A stretch of DNA of 64,000 nt from Terriglobus sp. (GTDB lineage: Bacteria > Acidobacteriota > Terriglobia > Terriglobales > Acidobacteriaceae): assembly GCF_965201105.1 (NCBI RefSeq), contig NZ_OZ241741.1:2577605-2641604 (forward strand), written 5' to 3'. This document shows, piece after piece, positions 22,905 to 33,197 of the stretch. Each line of letters opens with the position of its first letter. Within the stretch, counting starts at the first letter, position 1. The position numbers were made by a program, and so were the translations under genes. Below the pieces are notes generated by a model that saw only the letters and a list, made by a program, of their open reading frames with translations, was not told where the DNA came from and searched no databases.

Positions 22905-24401
22905 ATGGGCTCTGCCGAGGTCGAGTTGTACCCGGAGATGATCAACGCTGACGGCCACCCCGCCCAGGCGCCGCTGCCCCTTGCCATAGATCAGGTCATT
23001 GCGCGCCTCATCCACGTGCGTGGCCTTGAGGAGATCAGCGCGTCCGGCCTGCGCTGGCTCGCCAAAAATGGCACCCAGCGCTTCTACGACGACGGCGGAC
23101 TTGTCTTCTCGACCGGTCAGCCGGCACGCTCCATGTTCATCCTCATCGACGGCGACATCCACGTGCGCCGCCTGCCTTCCGGCCCGGTTTCTTACTTCGT
23201 CGGCCGCGCGGCCCAGCTCACCGGCAAACTTCCCTTCAGCCGCATGAAGACGTTCGGCGGTGAAGGTTTTGCCGTCGGCAAGGTGTGGGGACTCGAGTTC
23301 GACCAAGACATCTTCCCGGAGATGCTGCAGGCCGTGCCCGGCATCGCCCAGCTCAGCGTCTCCATCCTGCTGGACCGCGTGCGCGAAGTCACCCGCATCG
23401 AGCAGCAGTCCGAAAAGCTGAACGCCCTGGGCAAGCTCGCCGCCAATCTCTCCCACGAGCTAAACAATCCAGCGTCCGCTGCGCGCTCCGCCGCGAACAA
23501 TCTGTGGACGGAGCTGCGCACCTACGGCGACACCAAATACCGGCTGGGCGCCATGCATTTCACCCCGGAGGCAAAGCAGAAGTACTGGGAGTGGACCCAG
23601 ACGGTGCGGCCGCTTCTGGGCGCGAACGACAAAGCTCTGCTCTCTGACCCGGTGGTGCAGACCGACCGCGAAGACGCCATTGCCGCGTGGATGCGAAATC
23701 ACGGCATCGAAGAGCCGTGGCGGTTCGCGCCAACGTTGGCGGAAACGCAGATCGAAGCTCCACACCTGGACGGCCTCGCCGAGTCGCTTTCGGCCGAAGC
23801 TCTCCCTGTCGCACTCGCCTCTTTCAGCGCAGCGCTCAAGGCCGAGCGCATGACCGACACCATCATCGACGCCACGCGCCGCATCTTCGACCTGATCTCC
23901 GCCATCAAGGACTACTCCTACATGGACCAGGCGCCCATCCAGGAGATCGACGTGACGCAAACGCTCGACACAACCCTGGCAATGCTCGGCTCGCGCCTGG
24001 GTGCGGTCGAGGTCATCCGCGAGTATGCACCGGACACCCCGGTCATCAGTGCCTATGGCAGCGAGCTGAACCAGGTCTGGACGGCGCTGATCGAAAACGC
24101 GCTGGACAGCATGGACCAATGCGAACGCGATCCGAGTGTGCTTCGCCTCAGAACCTCCGCGAACGGCCCAAACGTGCTCGTTGAAGTGTGGGACAACGGC
24201 CCGGGAATCGACCCGGCGATCCTTTCCCGCATCTTCGAGCCGTTCTTCACGACCAAGCCGGTCGGCGCGGGCCTGGGTCTGGGCCTCGACGCTGCCAGCC
24301 GCATCGTCACCAAGCACCGCGGCGTCATCTCCGTTGAATCCAAACCAGGCGAAACCTGCTTCCAGGTGCGCCTGCCGATCGAGCAAACCGGCGCTTACTG
24401 A
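22905..24401 (+). CDS. Sensor histidine kinase with N-terminal cyclic-nucleotide-binding-like domain
   Basis: ATG at 22905. cNMP-like FYDDGGLVFSTGQPARSMFILIDGDIHV; H-box LAANLSHELNNPASA; N/G boxes ALIENALDS, VWDNGPGI and FFTTKPVGAGLGLGL. No adjacent response regulator. Confidence 0.85.
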   Translation: MGSAEVELYPEMINADGHPAQAPLPLAIDQVIARLIHVRGLEEISASGLRWLAKNGTQRFYDDGGLVFSTGQPARSMFILIDGDIHVRRLPSGPVSYFVGRAAQLTGKLPFSRMKTFGGEGFAVGKVWGLEFDQDIFPEMLQAVPGIAQLSVSILLDRVREVTRIEQQSEKLNALGKLAANLSHELNNPASAARSAANNLWTELRTYGDTKYRLGAMHFTPEAKQKYWEWTQTVRPLLGANDKALLSDPVVQTDREDAIAAWMRNHGIEEPWRFAPTLAETQIEAPHLDGLAESLSAEALPVALASFSAALKAERMTDTIIDATRRIFDLISAIKDYSYMDQAPIQEIDVTQTLDTTLAMLGSRLGAVEVIREYAPDTPVISAYGSELNQVWTALIENALDSMDQCERDPSVLRLRTSANGPNVLVEVWDNGPGIDPAILSRIFEPFFTTKPVGAGLGLGLDAASRIVTKHRGVISVESKPGETCFQVRLPIEQTGAY

Positions 24402-24430
24402 CGATTCGCAAAAAAACATAGAACGCTGGT

Positions 24431-25351
24431 GTGCCCCCGTGCGTATCAACGCATGTGCGCCCTTCCCGCAATTGCGTCCTTGCCGCTGCCCTTTGCCTCC
24501 CGTTCACGCTCGCCCGTACCCAGGCCATCGGCCAAAGCTCACCAGCCGCACCGGATGCTGTCGAAATCATGGCACACGTGGCTGCGAACCAGCAGATGGC
24601 TGAGGTCGAGCGATCGCGTTACACCTACGTTCAGCACGCGGACGCGGCCTCACATAAAGGCCACAAGGTAATCTGCCGCGAGACGACGGACACTCGCGTC
24701 ACACCCACGACGACCGGGTCGGGCCGGCAGCTGCTCACGCTGGACGGCAGTCTTTGGCTGAACGGCCGTTACACCCGCTACACCCATCCGCTCACTGCAG
24801 ACTTGAAGCCCGGCGAATCGCGGGAGATCACGCTCAAGAACGACGAGGACGTTGACGTGAACCTCGTCGAGCACATGCGCGACAACCTGACCAATACGCA
24901 AGCGAAGGACGGCTTCCATGCCGGCCTGTTTCCATTGACCGCCAAGGCCCAGACTGGTTACCAATACGCGATCGTTAAGCGGGAGCCGATGAACGGCCGT
25001 GACACCTGGCTCATTCACTTCAAACCCAAAGACAACAGCGAGTTCGATTGGGAGGGCGACGCCTGGATCGATACCGCCGCATACCAGCCGGTCTTCGTCC
25101 GCACCCACCTCTCACGCGGAGTTCCCTTTCTGGTCAAAACCATGCTTGGGACCAACGTGCCCGGCCTGGGTTTCGCCGTGACCTACGCGCCGCAGCCTGA
25201 CGGCGTCTGGTTTCCTGTCACCTTCGGGACCGAATTCAAAATTCACGTGCTGTTCTTTTTCAGCCGAGAGATCGCAATCGACGTACAGAACCGCGACTTC
25301 CAGAAGACGCATTCCGACGCACGCATCCTCGACAGCGCCACGACCGAGTAA
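24431..25351 (+). CDS. Secreted hypothetical protein (LolA-like / outer-membrane lipoprotein-sorting-like fold suspected)
   Basis: 306-aa ORF with the N-terminal hydrophobic region CVLAAALCLPFTLARTQA. The C-terminal half resembles LolA-like sorting proteins. Both the start and the family are uncertain. Confidence 0.5.
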   Translation: MPPCVSTHVRPSRNCVLAAALCLPFTLARTQAIGQSSPAAPDAVEIMAHVAANQQMAEVERSRYTYVQHADAASHKGHKVICRETTDTRVTPTTTGSGRQLLTLDGSLWLNGRYTRYTHPLTADLKPGESREITLKNDEDVDVNLVEHMRDNLTNTQAKDGFHAGLFPLTAKAQTGYQYAIVKREPMNGRDTWLIHFKPKDNSEFDWEGDAWIDTAAYQPVFVRTHLSRGVPFLVKTMLGTNVPGLGFAVTYAPQPDGVWFPVTFGTEFKIHVLFFFSREIAIDVQNRDFQKTHSDARILDSATTE

Positions 25352-25355
25352 ACGG

Positions 25356-25386
25356 CAAACGGGCACCGGAGTCCGGTGCCCGTTTG
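25356..25386. terminator. Bidirectional hairpin terminator
   Basis: CAAACGGGCACCGGA-G-TCCGGTGCCCGTTTG, a perfect 15-bp stem between convergent genes (stops at 25351 and 25406). Confidence 0.7.
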
Positions 25387-25405
25387 TAATCGCGAAGGTT
25401 AGCGC

Positions 25406-25690
25406 TTACTTGGTGACTTCTACGCCCCGCCAGAACGCCATGTGGTGTTTGACCGAGCGGGCCGCCGGCTTCGGGTCTGGGTAGTACCAGGCCGCGTCGG
25501 GGTTTTCCTGGCCATCGACCAGCAGCGTGAAATACCGCGCTTGCCCCTTCCATGGGCAGGAAGAGGTGGTGGAACTGGGGCGCAGGAATTCGCGCTTTAC
25601 CGACTCTTCCGGGAAATAAACATTACCCTCGATCGTCTCAAAGTTTTCGCTCTCGGCCACGGTGTGGCCGTTCCACATTGCTTTCGCCAT
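25406..25690 (-). CDS. DUF427 domain protein
   Basis: 94 aa. ...VYFPEESVKREFLRPSSTTSSCPWKGQARYFTL...DAAWYYPDP resembles the DUF427 signature. Confidence 0.75.
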   Translation of the reverse strand: MAKAMWNGHTVAESENFETIEGNVYFPEESVKREFLRPSSTTSSCPWKGQARYFTLLVDGQENPDAAWYYPDPKPAARSVKHHMAFWRGVEVTK

Positions 25691-25894
25691 TGGCGGGAAA
25701 TCTCCGTTCCTCTGTCAGGAATGCACAACTCCGGTTTCCGCGCGCCCGCAAATGCTGCCCATGCGGCGATCCTCACAGAAACCGTCCCATCCCTTGTAAC
25801 AGTATCTTCTACATTCGACAAAATCAGAGCCGGAAAGACTCAGGTCTTTTTCGACCCAATCCAAAACTGCAGGCTGCCAATCAAACGTTAGCGC

Positions 25895-28744
25895 TTACGC
25901 AACCGCAAGCGGCCGTGTCTGCTCGGGGTCCGGAACAACCAGCTTCGGCACCTCAATCAGTGCGGCCGGCTCCGGTTTGCGGTTCGTCCGGTTGTCATAG
26001 TCGCAGTGCACCGGATCCGTGACCGGTTCCTCCTTTGCGCCCTTCTTGGGACGGCGTTTCGGCAGGGCATCGTGGTTATGCGGGCACACCTCGTGCAGAA
26101 AGCCGTCCTGCTTGTTGAACACCTCAACCAGGTACGTGCTGTTGCCCTTGGGGCATGGCGTCGCGATCAGCTTCTGATTGCTCGTAAAATCGCACTTCGG
26201 GTAATTCGTGCAGCCATAGAACGTGTTGCCCATCTTGGACTTGCGTTCCGCCAGCGAGCCGCCACATTTGGGACACGCCACGTCCAGCAAGGTCTGCTTG
26301 ACGTACTTGCACTTGGGGTAGCCCGAGCAGGAAACGAACTCGCCGTAGCTACCCTGCCGCTTCACCAGTTCCATGCCGCACTCCGGGCAGGGCTCGCCGG
26401 TCGGCTCGGGTGGCTTGGATTGCACCTTCTGGTTCAGTCGGCGCACGGTCTTGCAGGGCGGGTCGGCGTTGTAGTCCGGGCAGCTCATGAACGGGCCGAA
26501 CGGGCCGTTCTTCAGCACCATCTGCTTGCCGCAGTTCTCGCAGAACTCCTCTTCCTCGGTGTCGCCCGCCTCCATTGCGGCCAAATCGGGCTTGCCGGCG
26601 AAGTTTTCCTTGGTGAAGTCGCAGCTCACCGGGTCAATCAGAATGCTCTTGCCGCGAGTCGCCGCGACCTTCAACGCCGCCAACAGGGCCTTGTCGTCGT
26701 GAACCTCTTCCGAGAACGCCTCGGCGTCATCGACCATCCCCTTCACTTCAAACGGGTACGTTAGCGCTTTCGTAATCCGCTGCACGGTCGCCTTCGGGTC
26801 TTTTTTATACGAAGCGACCGCGATCGTCTTTGGCTTGCTCTTGGTGTAGTTCGAGCAGGAATAGAACGATCCGAACTTGCCCCAGCGCAGCACCAGCGGC
26901 GAACCGCATTTTTCGCACAGCTCCTTCGTCGGCTTTTCCCAGCGCTTGATTTCCTCCATCGACTTCTCGGCGACCTTGATCTCGTCGGTCAGGTGGCCGT
27001 AGAAGCCGTTCAAGAGGTCCGTCCACTTCTCCTCACCATCCTCCACGCGGTCCAGCTCTTCCTCCAGCCGGCGCGTGTAATCCATATCGAAGATGTAGGG
27101 GAAGTTCTTGACCAGCAAGGCGGTGACGACCATGCCGATTTCTGTCGGCACGAACTTACGCGCGAGCTTCTTCACATACTCGCGGTCCTGGATGGTGTTG
27201 ATGATGCTGGCGTAAGTGGAGGGCCGGCCGATGCCGCGCTCCTCCAGTTCCTTGACCAGCGACGCCTCGTTAAACCGCGGCGGTGGCTCAGTGAACTTCT
27301 GCTCCGTCAGCACAGCCAGCAGGTCCAGCGCCTGCCCCTGCTTCAACACCGGCAGGGCAGCGTCATCTTCGTCTTCCTCGCTCACTTCTGCCTGCATCGC
27401 CTTCGCCTCGGCGGCGGCCTGCGCCTTCCCGAGACGCGCATCGGCAATCTTCAGGAAGCCATCGAACTTGAGCACGGAACCGCTCACGCGCAGACCGTAC
27501 GTGCGGGCCGAACGGCCCTCGATCTCGACCGTGGTCTGGTCGTAGACCGCTGCCGTCATCTGCGATGCGACGAACCGCCGCCAGATCAGGTCGTAGAGCC
27601 GGAACTGCTCGTCTGACAGATACTTGCGAATGCTATCCGGCGTGTACGCGACGTTCGTTGGACGAATCGCCTCATGTGCGTCCTGCGCGTCCTTTTTGCC
27701 GCGAAACTCGTTCGGCTTCGTGGGCAGGTAACGGTCGCCAAGACCGCCGATGTACTTGCGCGCGTCCTCAATTGCCACCGGGGCGACGCGAGTGGAATCG
27801 GTACGCATATAGGTGATCAGGCCGACGGTGCCATCGGAACCAATCTCCACACCTTCATACAGCCGCTGTGCGACGCCCATGGTGCGTTTTACGTTGAAGC
27901 CGAGGCGGTTCGACGCTTGTTGCTGCAATTGCGAGGTGGAGAAAGGTGCCGGCGGGTTGCGGCGGCGCTCCTTGGCCTCCACGCTGCGGACGGTGTACTT
28001 TGCCGACTCCATCTCGGCCTTTGCCTGGCCCGCGGCGTCGCCATCGGGCAGGGCGTTACCGCTAACGCTCTCCACTGTGAGGCGCGCGCCGTTGATGCTG
28101 TGCAGCTTGGCCGTGAACTCCTGCTTGCCAGCCTGCGGCTTCAGCCGGGCGTCGACCGGCCAATACTCGACCGGCACGAACGCCTTGATCTCGTTTTCGC
28201 GGTCCACGATCAGCCGCAGGGCGACCGTCTGCACGCGCCCGGCGGACAGTCCGCGACGCACCTTGTCCCACAGCAGCGGCGAGATTTCATACCCCACCAG
28301 CCGGTCCAGAACGCGCCGGGTCTGCTGTGCATCGACCAGGTTGCCGTTCACGTCGCGGGCACGCTTGAAGGCGTCGACGACGGCCTTCTTCGTGATCTCG
28401 TTGAACGTAACTCGCTGAATCGTCTGCTTGTTCTTCAGCCCCGGCTCAATCTGCAGCTTCAGGTGATACGCAATTGCCTCGCCCTCACGGTCCGGATCGG
28501 GCGCCAGGTATACGGCATCGGCCTTGGCGGCCAGCTTTTTCAGGCGCTCAACCAGCTTTTCCTTGCCCGGCGACACGATCAGGTTGGGTTCAAAGGTGCG
28601 GCGCTTCAGTTCCACGCCGATGTCATTCTTCGGCAAATCCATGATGTGGCCCAACGAGGCCTCCACCGTGTAATCACTGCCCAGATATTTATTGATCGTC
28701 TTCGCCTTGGCAGGCGATTCCACGATCACGAGATTTCTTGCCAT
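25895..28744 (-). CDS. topA: DNA topoisomerase I with multiple C-terminal zinc ribbons
   Basis: MARNLVIVESPAKAKTINKYLG (Toprim), active-site region GLITYMRTDS, and repeated CxxC...CxxC fingers (CEKCGSPL, CENCGKQM, CPECGMEL, CPKCGGSL). 949 aa. Confidence 0.95.
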   Translation of the reverse strand: MARNLVIVESPAKAKTINKYLGSDYTVEASLGHIMDLPKNDIGVELKRRTFEPNLIVSPGKEKLVERLKKLAAKADAVYLAPDPDREGEAIAYHLKLQIEPGLKNKQTIQRVTFNEITKKAVVDAFKRARDVNGNLVDAQQTRRVLDRLVGYEISPLLWDKVRRGLSAGRVQTVALRLIVDRENEIKAFVPVEYWPVDARLKPQAGKQEFTAKLHSINGARLTVESVSGNALPDGDAAGQAKAEMESAKYTVRSVEAKERRRNPPAPFSTSQLQQQASNRLGFNVKRTMGVAQRLYEGVEIGSDGTVGLITYMRTDSTRVAPVAIEDARKYIGGLGDRYLPTKPNEFRGKKDAQDAHEAIRPTNVAYTPDSIRKYLSDEQFRLYDLIWRRFVASQMTAAVYDQTTVEIEGRSARTYGLRVSGSVLKFDGFLKIADARLGKAQAAAEAKAMQAEVSEEDEDDAALPVLKQGQALDLLAVLTEQKFTEPPPRFNEASLVKELEERGIGRPSTYASIINTIQDREYVKKLARKFVPTEIGMVVTALLVKNFPYIFDMDYTRRLEEELDRVEDGEEKWTDLLNGFYGHLTDEIKVAEKSMEEIKRWEKPTKELCEKCGSPLVLRWGKFGSFYSCSNYTKSKPKTIAVASYKKDPKATVQRITKALTYPFEVKGMVDDAEAFSEEVHDDKALLAALKVAATRGKSILIDPVSCDFTKENFAGKPDLAAMEAGDTEEEEFCENCGKQMVLKNGPFGPFMSCPDYNADPPCKTVRRLNQKVQSKPPEPTGEPCPECGMELVKRQGSYGEFVSCSGYPKCKYVKQTLLDVACPKCGGSLAERKSKMGNTFYGCTNYPKCDFTSNQKLIATPCPKGNSTYLVEVFNKQDGFLHEVCPHNHDALPKRRPKKGAKEEPVTDPVHCDYDNRTNRKPEPAALIEVPKLVVPDPEQTRPLAVA

Positions 28745-29010
28745 ACTTCACTTCCGTTCCTGGCCGCCACCCGCCTGGCACCGGCCCCCGGGTCCTACCC
28801 GGCCGCCCCGGCCGTGCACGCCCGTTACTGGGCGGCAACACTCTGGGCGCTTAATCCTCTGTCTCGCTGAGACGCTAACACGATCCGTTCGTCGCGTCAC
28901 GTTAGCCGGTTTGACTCGTCCCGGCGTGGTTTCGATTCCAAGCGGTTTCCGCAACACGCTCCCTGGTGGTTCCAAAAAGGGACCGACCGCGCCTGCAATG
29001 TGCAACTTAG

Positions 29011-30219
29011 CTAGAAGGTGCGGACGTAATTCTTGCCCGGCATCTGGCGGATGCGACCGGCCAGCTCCAACTCAAACAAGGCTGTGAATATCTCGGCGGA
29101 CGGCAGTTCCCCTTCCAGCCGTTCGATCAGACCGTCCAGTTGAGTGGCTTCGTCGGCGCGGAGGTGCGAGTAGACCAGCCGCTCGGTCGGCGGCATCTCC
29201 TGCTCGGCAAATAAGGATGCGGCACCCCCGCCCAGCGATGCAGCCCCACCCGCGCCACTGCCGCCGGCGAGCATCGCCAACCGGTCCTCCAGCTCGATGC
29301 GTGCCTGGCTGGGCAGATCCTCCCACACGTCTTCCCAGGTCGCGGTCAGCTTGGCGCCCTGCTTGATGAGCGTGTTGGGTCCCCACGCATTCTTGTTGGT
29401 CACGTTGCCGGGCACGGCGTACACATCGCGGTTCTGCTCCATGGCGCAGCGCGCGGTGATACGGGTGCCGCTATGCTCCGCCGCCTCGATGACCAGCACG
29501 CCCACGCTCATGCCGCTCAGTACGCGATTGCGTAGCGGGAAGTTCTGCGGCGCGGGGAAGGTTCCGGTGGGAAACTCGCTCAGCAGGCATCCGCCGCCCG
29601 CCAGGATCTGCTCGGCAAGACGTTTGTTTTCCTTGGGATAGATCACGTCGATGCCTGTCCCCCACACGGCCACCGTCTTCCCCTTCGTCTCCAAGGCGCC
29701 TTTGTGCGCTTCCGTATCCACGCCGCGCGCCATGCCGCTCAGAATGACCACGCCGCGCGAGGCCAGGTCGCGCGAAAGCATCTGCGCCATGCCCGCGCCA
29801 TAGGGCGACGGGTGCCGCGTGCCCACCACCGCAATTCCAGCCAGGCCGAGCAACGCGGTCTCACCACGGAACCAGAGCACGGGCGGCGGGTCGTAAATCT
29901 CGCGAAGCCGCTGCGGATAGTCTTCGCAGTCGTGCGTCAGGATGCCGGCACCCTGTTCGACGACGCGCTGCATCTCAGCCTCGGCGGCGAGCAGAGCCTT
30001 GCCATCGTGCACGAACTGCGCCGCCGTCGCGGGCAGGCCCAGGGATTCCAGTTCGGTCAGCGGCATGCGCAACAGGTCGGCGGGCGTTTGGGTGCGTGAC
30101 ATGGCACGCAGCGTGCGTGTCGGACCCATGCCCGGCGTTAGCGCTAACGCAAGCCACGCAAGTCGGTCCTGCTCCGTAGTGGAGCGCGGACCGCTCACCT
30201 CTGCGAACGATGTTGCCAT
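29011..30219 (-). CDS. dprA: DNA-processing protein DprA (Smf)
   Basis: ATG at 30219. ...IAVVGTRHPSPYG..., VILSGMARGVDTEAH... and VIEAAEHSGTRITA. The dprA-topA adjacency is a common conserved pair. Confidence 0.9.
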   Translation of the reverse strand: MATSFAEVSGPRSTTEQDRLAWLALALTPGMGPTRTLRAMSRTQTPADLLRMPLTELESLGLPATAAQFVHDGKALLAAEAEMQRVVEQGAGILTHDCEDYPQRLREIYDPPPVLWFRGETALLGLAGIAVVGTRHPSPYGAGMAQMLSRDLASRGVVILSGMARGVDTEAHKGALETKGKTVAVWGTGIDVIYPKENKRLAEQILAGGGCLLSEFPTGTFPAPQNFPLRNRVLSGMSVGVLVIEAAEHSGTRITARCAMEQNRDVYAVPGNVTNKNAWGPNTLIKQGAKLTATWEDVWEDLPSQARIELEDRLAMLAGGSGAGGAASLGGGAASLFAEQEMPPTERLVYSHLRADEATQLDGLIERLEGELPSAEIFTALFELELAGRIRQMPGKNYVRTF

Positions 30220-30333
30220 GGTTCCGTAATCCTTGAAGCGTGTAGGCGATCGCCTGTTTATACAACAGCGAGAGCTTCGCACCTCTAACACTTAGTGGCC
30301 ATGCGTAAGCCCCGAACCTGCGTGCTTGTCTGG

Positions 30334-31239
30334 ATGCGTTGCGCCCGCGGGACGGCAGCTCTCATCCAACCAGGAGTGCCTGCCGCTGTATCAGCCCGCC
30401 TGCGCGTCGCCGCCATCGATTTCCTGAACCCTGCGCCTCTGCTCTACAACTTTGAGCACTCGCCCATGCAGGAGCGGCTGGCCCAGCGGTACGACGTGCG
30501 CTACACCTCGCCGGCACAGTGCGCGGAGCAGTTGCGTACCGGCGAGGCCGATCTTGGGCTGGTGCCGATCGGCGCGATGCCGTTTCTGCCCGGTGGTGCC
30601 GCGGTGCGGGGATGCACGATCGCCTCGGAGGCGCCGGTCCGGTCAATTCAACTGGTCTTGCGGCCGGGCTGCACACTGGGTTCCGTTCGCAGCCTGGCAG
30701 CCGACGCGGCCTCGCGATCCTCCCTGGCCTATGTGCAACTGCTGCTGCGTGCCTTTCACCGGAGCGACCCGGTGGTGGCCACTGCTCCGGCCGACCTGCC
30801 GGCGATGCTGGCAACGCACGAGGCCGCTCTACTGATCGGCGACCCGGCACTGCTTGCGCTGGAAGCGCGCGACCGCAGCGGCGTTTTCGCGGAGTGCACC
30901 TGGATCGACGTGGCTAGCTGGTGGCGCGAGTACACCGGCCTACCCTGGGTCGCCGCGGTGTGGGCGGTACGTACCGCAGCGCTTACGGAAACCGGCATGG
31001 ACGCCGGCGTGCTCGCGGCGGACCTGCTTGCGTCACGCGATGCGGGTGTGGCGCACGTGGAAGACCTTGTGCGCGAGTGGAAGCCACGCATCGCCCTGCC
31101 GGCCGGCACGATTCGCACCTACCTGACGCAGAACATCCAATATGTGCTGGACAGTAATTGCCTGCAAGCAATCGAGCGGTTTTACCAACTCGCCGAGGAC
31201 ACGGGTGTGTTGCCCCCGTACAACTTTCCACTGCTCTGA
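30334..31239 (+). CDS. mqnA: Chorismate dehydratase MqnA (futalosine menaquinone pathway)
   Basis: LRVAAIDFLNPAPLLYNF...CAEQLRTGEADLGLVPIGA resembles MqnA (periplasmic-binding-like fold). The start is uncertain (the ORF is open from 30295). Confidence 0.7.
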   Translation: MRCARGTAALIQPGVPAAVSARLRVAAIDFLNPAPLLYNFEHSPMQERLAQRYDVRYTSPAQCAEQLRTGEADLGLVPIGAMPFLPGGAAVRGCTIASEAPVRSIQLVLRPGCTLGSVRSLAADAASRSSLAYVQLLLRAFHRSDPVVATAPADLPAMLATHEAALLIGDPALLALEARDRSGVFAECTWIDVASWWREYTGLPWVAAVWAVRTAALTETGMDAGVLAADLLASRDAGVAHVEDLVREWKPRIALPAGTIRTYLTQNIQYVLDSNCLQAIERFYQLAEDTGVLPPYNFPLL

Positions 31240-31268
31240 CAACAGATCACGCAAGCGGCGCGACTTCA

Positions 31269-31970
31269 ATGCTTTGGGACGCGTCAGAACAGGTACACAT
31301 GCCATCACTGGTCGCCACCGTTGTGTTTGCCGCCGCCGGGAAGAAGCACGGGCTGCTGGGATACTTCATGCGGCTGGGACCATTGGGGCTGTTCCTGGTG
31401 TCCGCGATCGACAGCTCACCGATACCGCTGCCGATTCCGGGATCGTCGGACATCCTGGTGACGCTTTTCGCGGCGCAACGGCATGGCTGGGTGCTGGCGA
31501 CGCTGATCGCGACACTCGGATCCGTGGTGGGCGGCTTTGCGAGCTACCAGACGGGCAAGGTGGGCGGCGTGGCCTTGCTGGACCGTGTGGTGCCGAGCCG
31601 CTTTCGCGGTCGCATGACCCACTGGTCAGAGGAACATGCGCTCTTGTCTGTCGCGGTGCCGGCGATCCTGCCGCCGCCCGCGCCACTCATGCCATTTCTG
31701 ATTGCCGCGGGAGCGCTCTGCATGCCGCGCCGGAAGTATTACCCAAGCCTTCTGGTCAGCCGGTTTCTTCGTCACGCCTTTTTTGCGTGGCTCGGCGTGC
31801 ACTACGGACGGGCGATCTTGCCGATCTATAACCGGTTGGCTGAGCGGTATGGCTGGATCGTGTTGCTGGTGGTGTGGGGGTCGGTGGTGTTCGCCATCAT
31901 CTACGCGGTGGTGAAGCTGCGGCAGGTGCGCAGCGGACGCGAGGTGCCGAAGGGCGCGGCGCCGGCGTAG
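31269..31970 (+). CDS. YqaA/DedA-like (SNARE-associated) membrane protein
   Basis: ATG at 31269. LGLFLVSAIDSSPIPLPIPGSSDILV...LGSVVGGFASYQTGK with several TM helices. Confidence 0.65.
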   Translation: MLWDASEQVHMPSLVATVVFAAAGKKHGLLGYFMRLGPLGLFLVSAIDSSPIPLPIPGSSDILVTLFAAQRHGWVLATLIATLGSVVGGFASYQTGKVGGVALLDRVVPSRFRGRMTHWSEEHALLSVAVPAILPPPAPLMPFLIAAGALCMPRRKYYPSLLVSRFLRHAFFAWLGVHYGRAILPIYNRLAERYGWIVLLVVWGSVVFAIIYAVVKLRQVRSGREVPKGAAPA

Positions 31971-32039
31971 AGAGCGTAAGCGGCAAGCGCGACGGCTCTA
32001 GGAGTTTATGACGGAGCGTGTCGCTGCCGCGGAAGTTCC

Positions 32040-33044
32040 TTAAAACTCCCACCGCAGCAACGTGGCGCCCACGGTAAAGCCCGCGCCTACGCTGGCGAGC
32101 AGAACCAGGTCGCCGTTTTTGAGGCGGCCCTCTTCGATGGCGGTTCCCATGCCGAGCGGGATGGTCGCGCCGACCGTGTTGCCGTAGCGGTCGATGTTGA
32201 TCAGCACCTGCCCGGGCTGCATGCCGAGGCGTTCAGCAGTTGCCTCAATGATGCGCCGGTTGGCCTGGTGCGGGATCAGCAGCTTCAGGTCGCTGACTGT
32301 GATGCCATTGCGCTCCAGCATGCGCTCGGTCGCTTCCTGCATTTTGCGGACCGCGAATTTGTAAACCGTCGAGCCGTCCTGCTTGATGAAATGCATCTTG
32401 GACTGAACGGTCTGCACGCTGGCTGGATGCAGCGATCCACCCGCAGGCATGCAGAGACTGTCACCACCGGAGCCGTCGATCTCATGCCAGAAGTCGATTA
32501 ACCCGACCTCGCCCTCGCCGCAGGGTTCCAGCAGAACGCAACCGGCGGCATCGCCGAAGAGAATGCAGGTTGACCGGTCGGTGTAGTCGGTGATGGAGCT
32601 CATGGTGTCGGCGCCGATGACCAGCACCTTGTCGTGCGCGCCGGACTCAACCAGCTTCGCGCCCACCTGCAGCGAGTACGTGAACGCGGAGCAGGCCGCG
32701 GAAAGGTCGAAGCCCCAGGTATTTGCCGCGCCGAGGTTGTTCTGCACCAGGCAGGCAGTGGCGGGAAAGAGCATGTCGGGCGTGACGGTGCCGACGATAA
32801 TGCACCCGATTTCGCTAGCGTCGATGCCGCGGCGCTGAAGGCAGTCCTTTGCGGCTTCAGTGGCGAGCACGCTGGTGGGCGTGCCGGGCTCGGCCAGGTG
32901 ACGCTCACGAATGCCGGTGCGCTCCACGATCCACCTGTCGTTGGTGTCGACCATGCGCTCCAGGTCGGCGTTCGTGAGAATGTTGGGCGGAACGTAGGTT
33001 CCGACAGACGAGATCTTGGCGCGGCGTGCGACGCGAGGCTTCAA
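32040..33044 (-). CDS. fabH: Beta-ketoacyl-ACP synthase III
   Basis: [41 protein letters not shown]..., active-site Cys in LSAACSAF, ...IPHQANRRI... and GNTVGATIP. Start placed at TTG 33044; the ATG at 33098 would add an implausible 18 aa. Confidence 0.9.
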   Translation of the reverse strand: MKPRVARRAKISSVGTYVPPNILTNADLERMVDTNDRWIVERTGIRERHLAEPGTPTSVLATEAAKDCLQRRGIDASEIGCIIVGTVTPDMLFPATACLVQNNLGAANTWGFDLSAACSAFTYSLQVGAKLVESGAHDKVLVIGADTMSSITDYTDRSTCILFGDAAGCVLLEPCGEGEVGLIDFWHEIDGSGGDSLCMPAGGSLHPASVQTVQSKMHFIKQDGSTVYKFAVRKMQEATERMLERNGITVSDLKLLIPHQANRRIIEATAERLGMQPGQVLINIDRYGNTVGATIPLGMGTAIEEGRLKNGDLVLLASVGAGFTVGATLLRWEF

Positions 33045-33124
33045 CTGCAGGCTCAAGTGGCTTTCCTCTCCAGCGCATGCCTTGTGGCACACGAACACAC
33101 CTGTTGAGAATACCGCCAGGAAAG

Positions 33125-33155
33125 CAAGTCAGCGAGTCAGCAGGTCAGCGAGTCG
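33125..33155 (+). repeat. Repeat family C copy (GTCAGCGAGTCAGCAGGTCAGCGAGTC)
   Basis: CAAGTCAGCGAGTCAGCAGGTCAGCGAGTCG between fabH and the SRP RNA. It is the reverse complement of the tandem octamers at 18477-18508. Confidence 0.8.
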
Positions 33156-33197
33156 ACGGCAGGAAGCACGGTGCCTGGGCGGGGGCGAACGCAAAAA

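Noticed and set aside
22677-24449. 259-aa and 329-aa minus-strand ORFs
   Set aside because: They are antisense to the histidine kinase, which has clear H, N and G boxes. Low-complexity products.
25395-25905. Recurring GTTAGCGC motif (25400, 25888, 26758, 28873 as rc, 30138 as the palindrome GTTAGCGCTAAC, 38208), twice directly abutting a minus-strand stop codon
   Set aside because: It is a short 8-mer. Several occurrences lie inside coding regions in different frames. I cannot compute its expected frequency here, so the evidence is too weak to call a binding site.
28915-28945. tRNA-like T-arm string GGTTTCGATTCC in the topA leader
   Set aside because: The flanking bases do not form a T stem. 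No acceptor, D or anticodon arms can be drawn, so this is not a tRNA.
28745-29010. 266-nt GC-rich spacer between dprA and topA as a possible structured RNA
   Set aside because: It can form many GC stems, as any GC-rich sequence can. I see no recognisable motif and have no covariation evidence within this window. It is most simply the topA promoter and leader.
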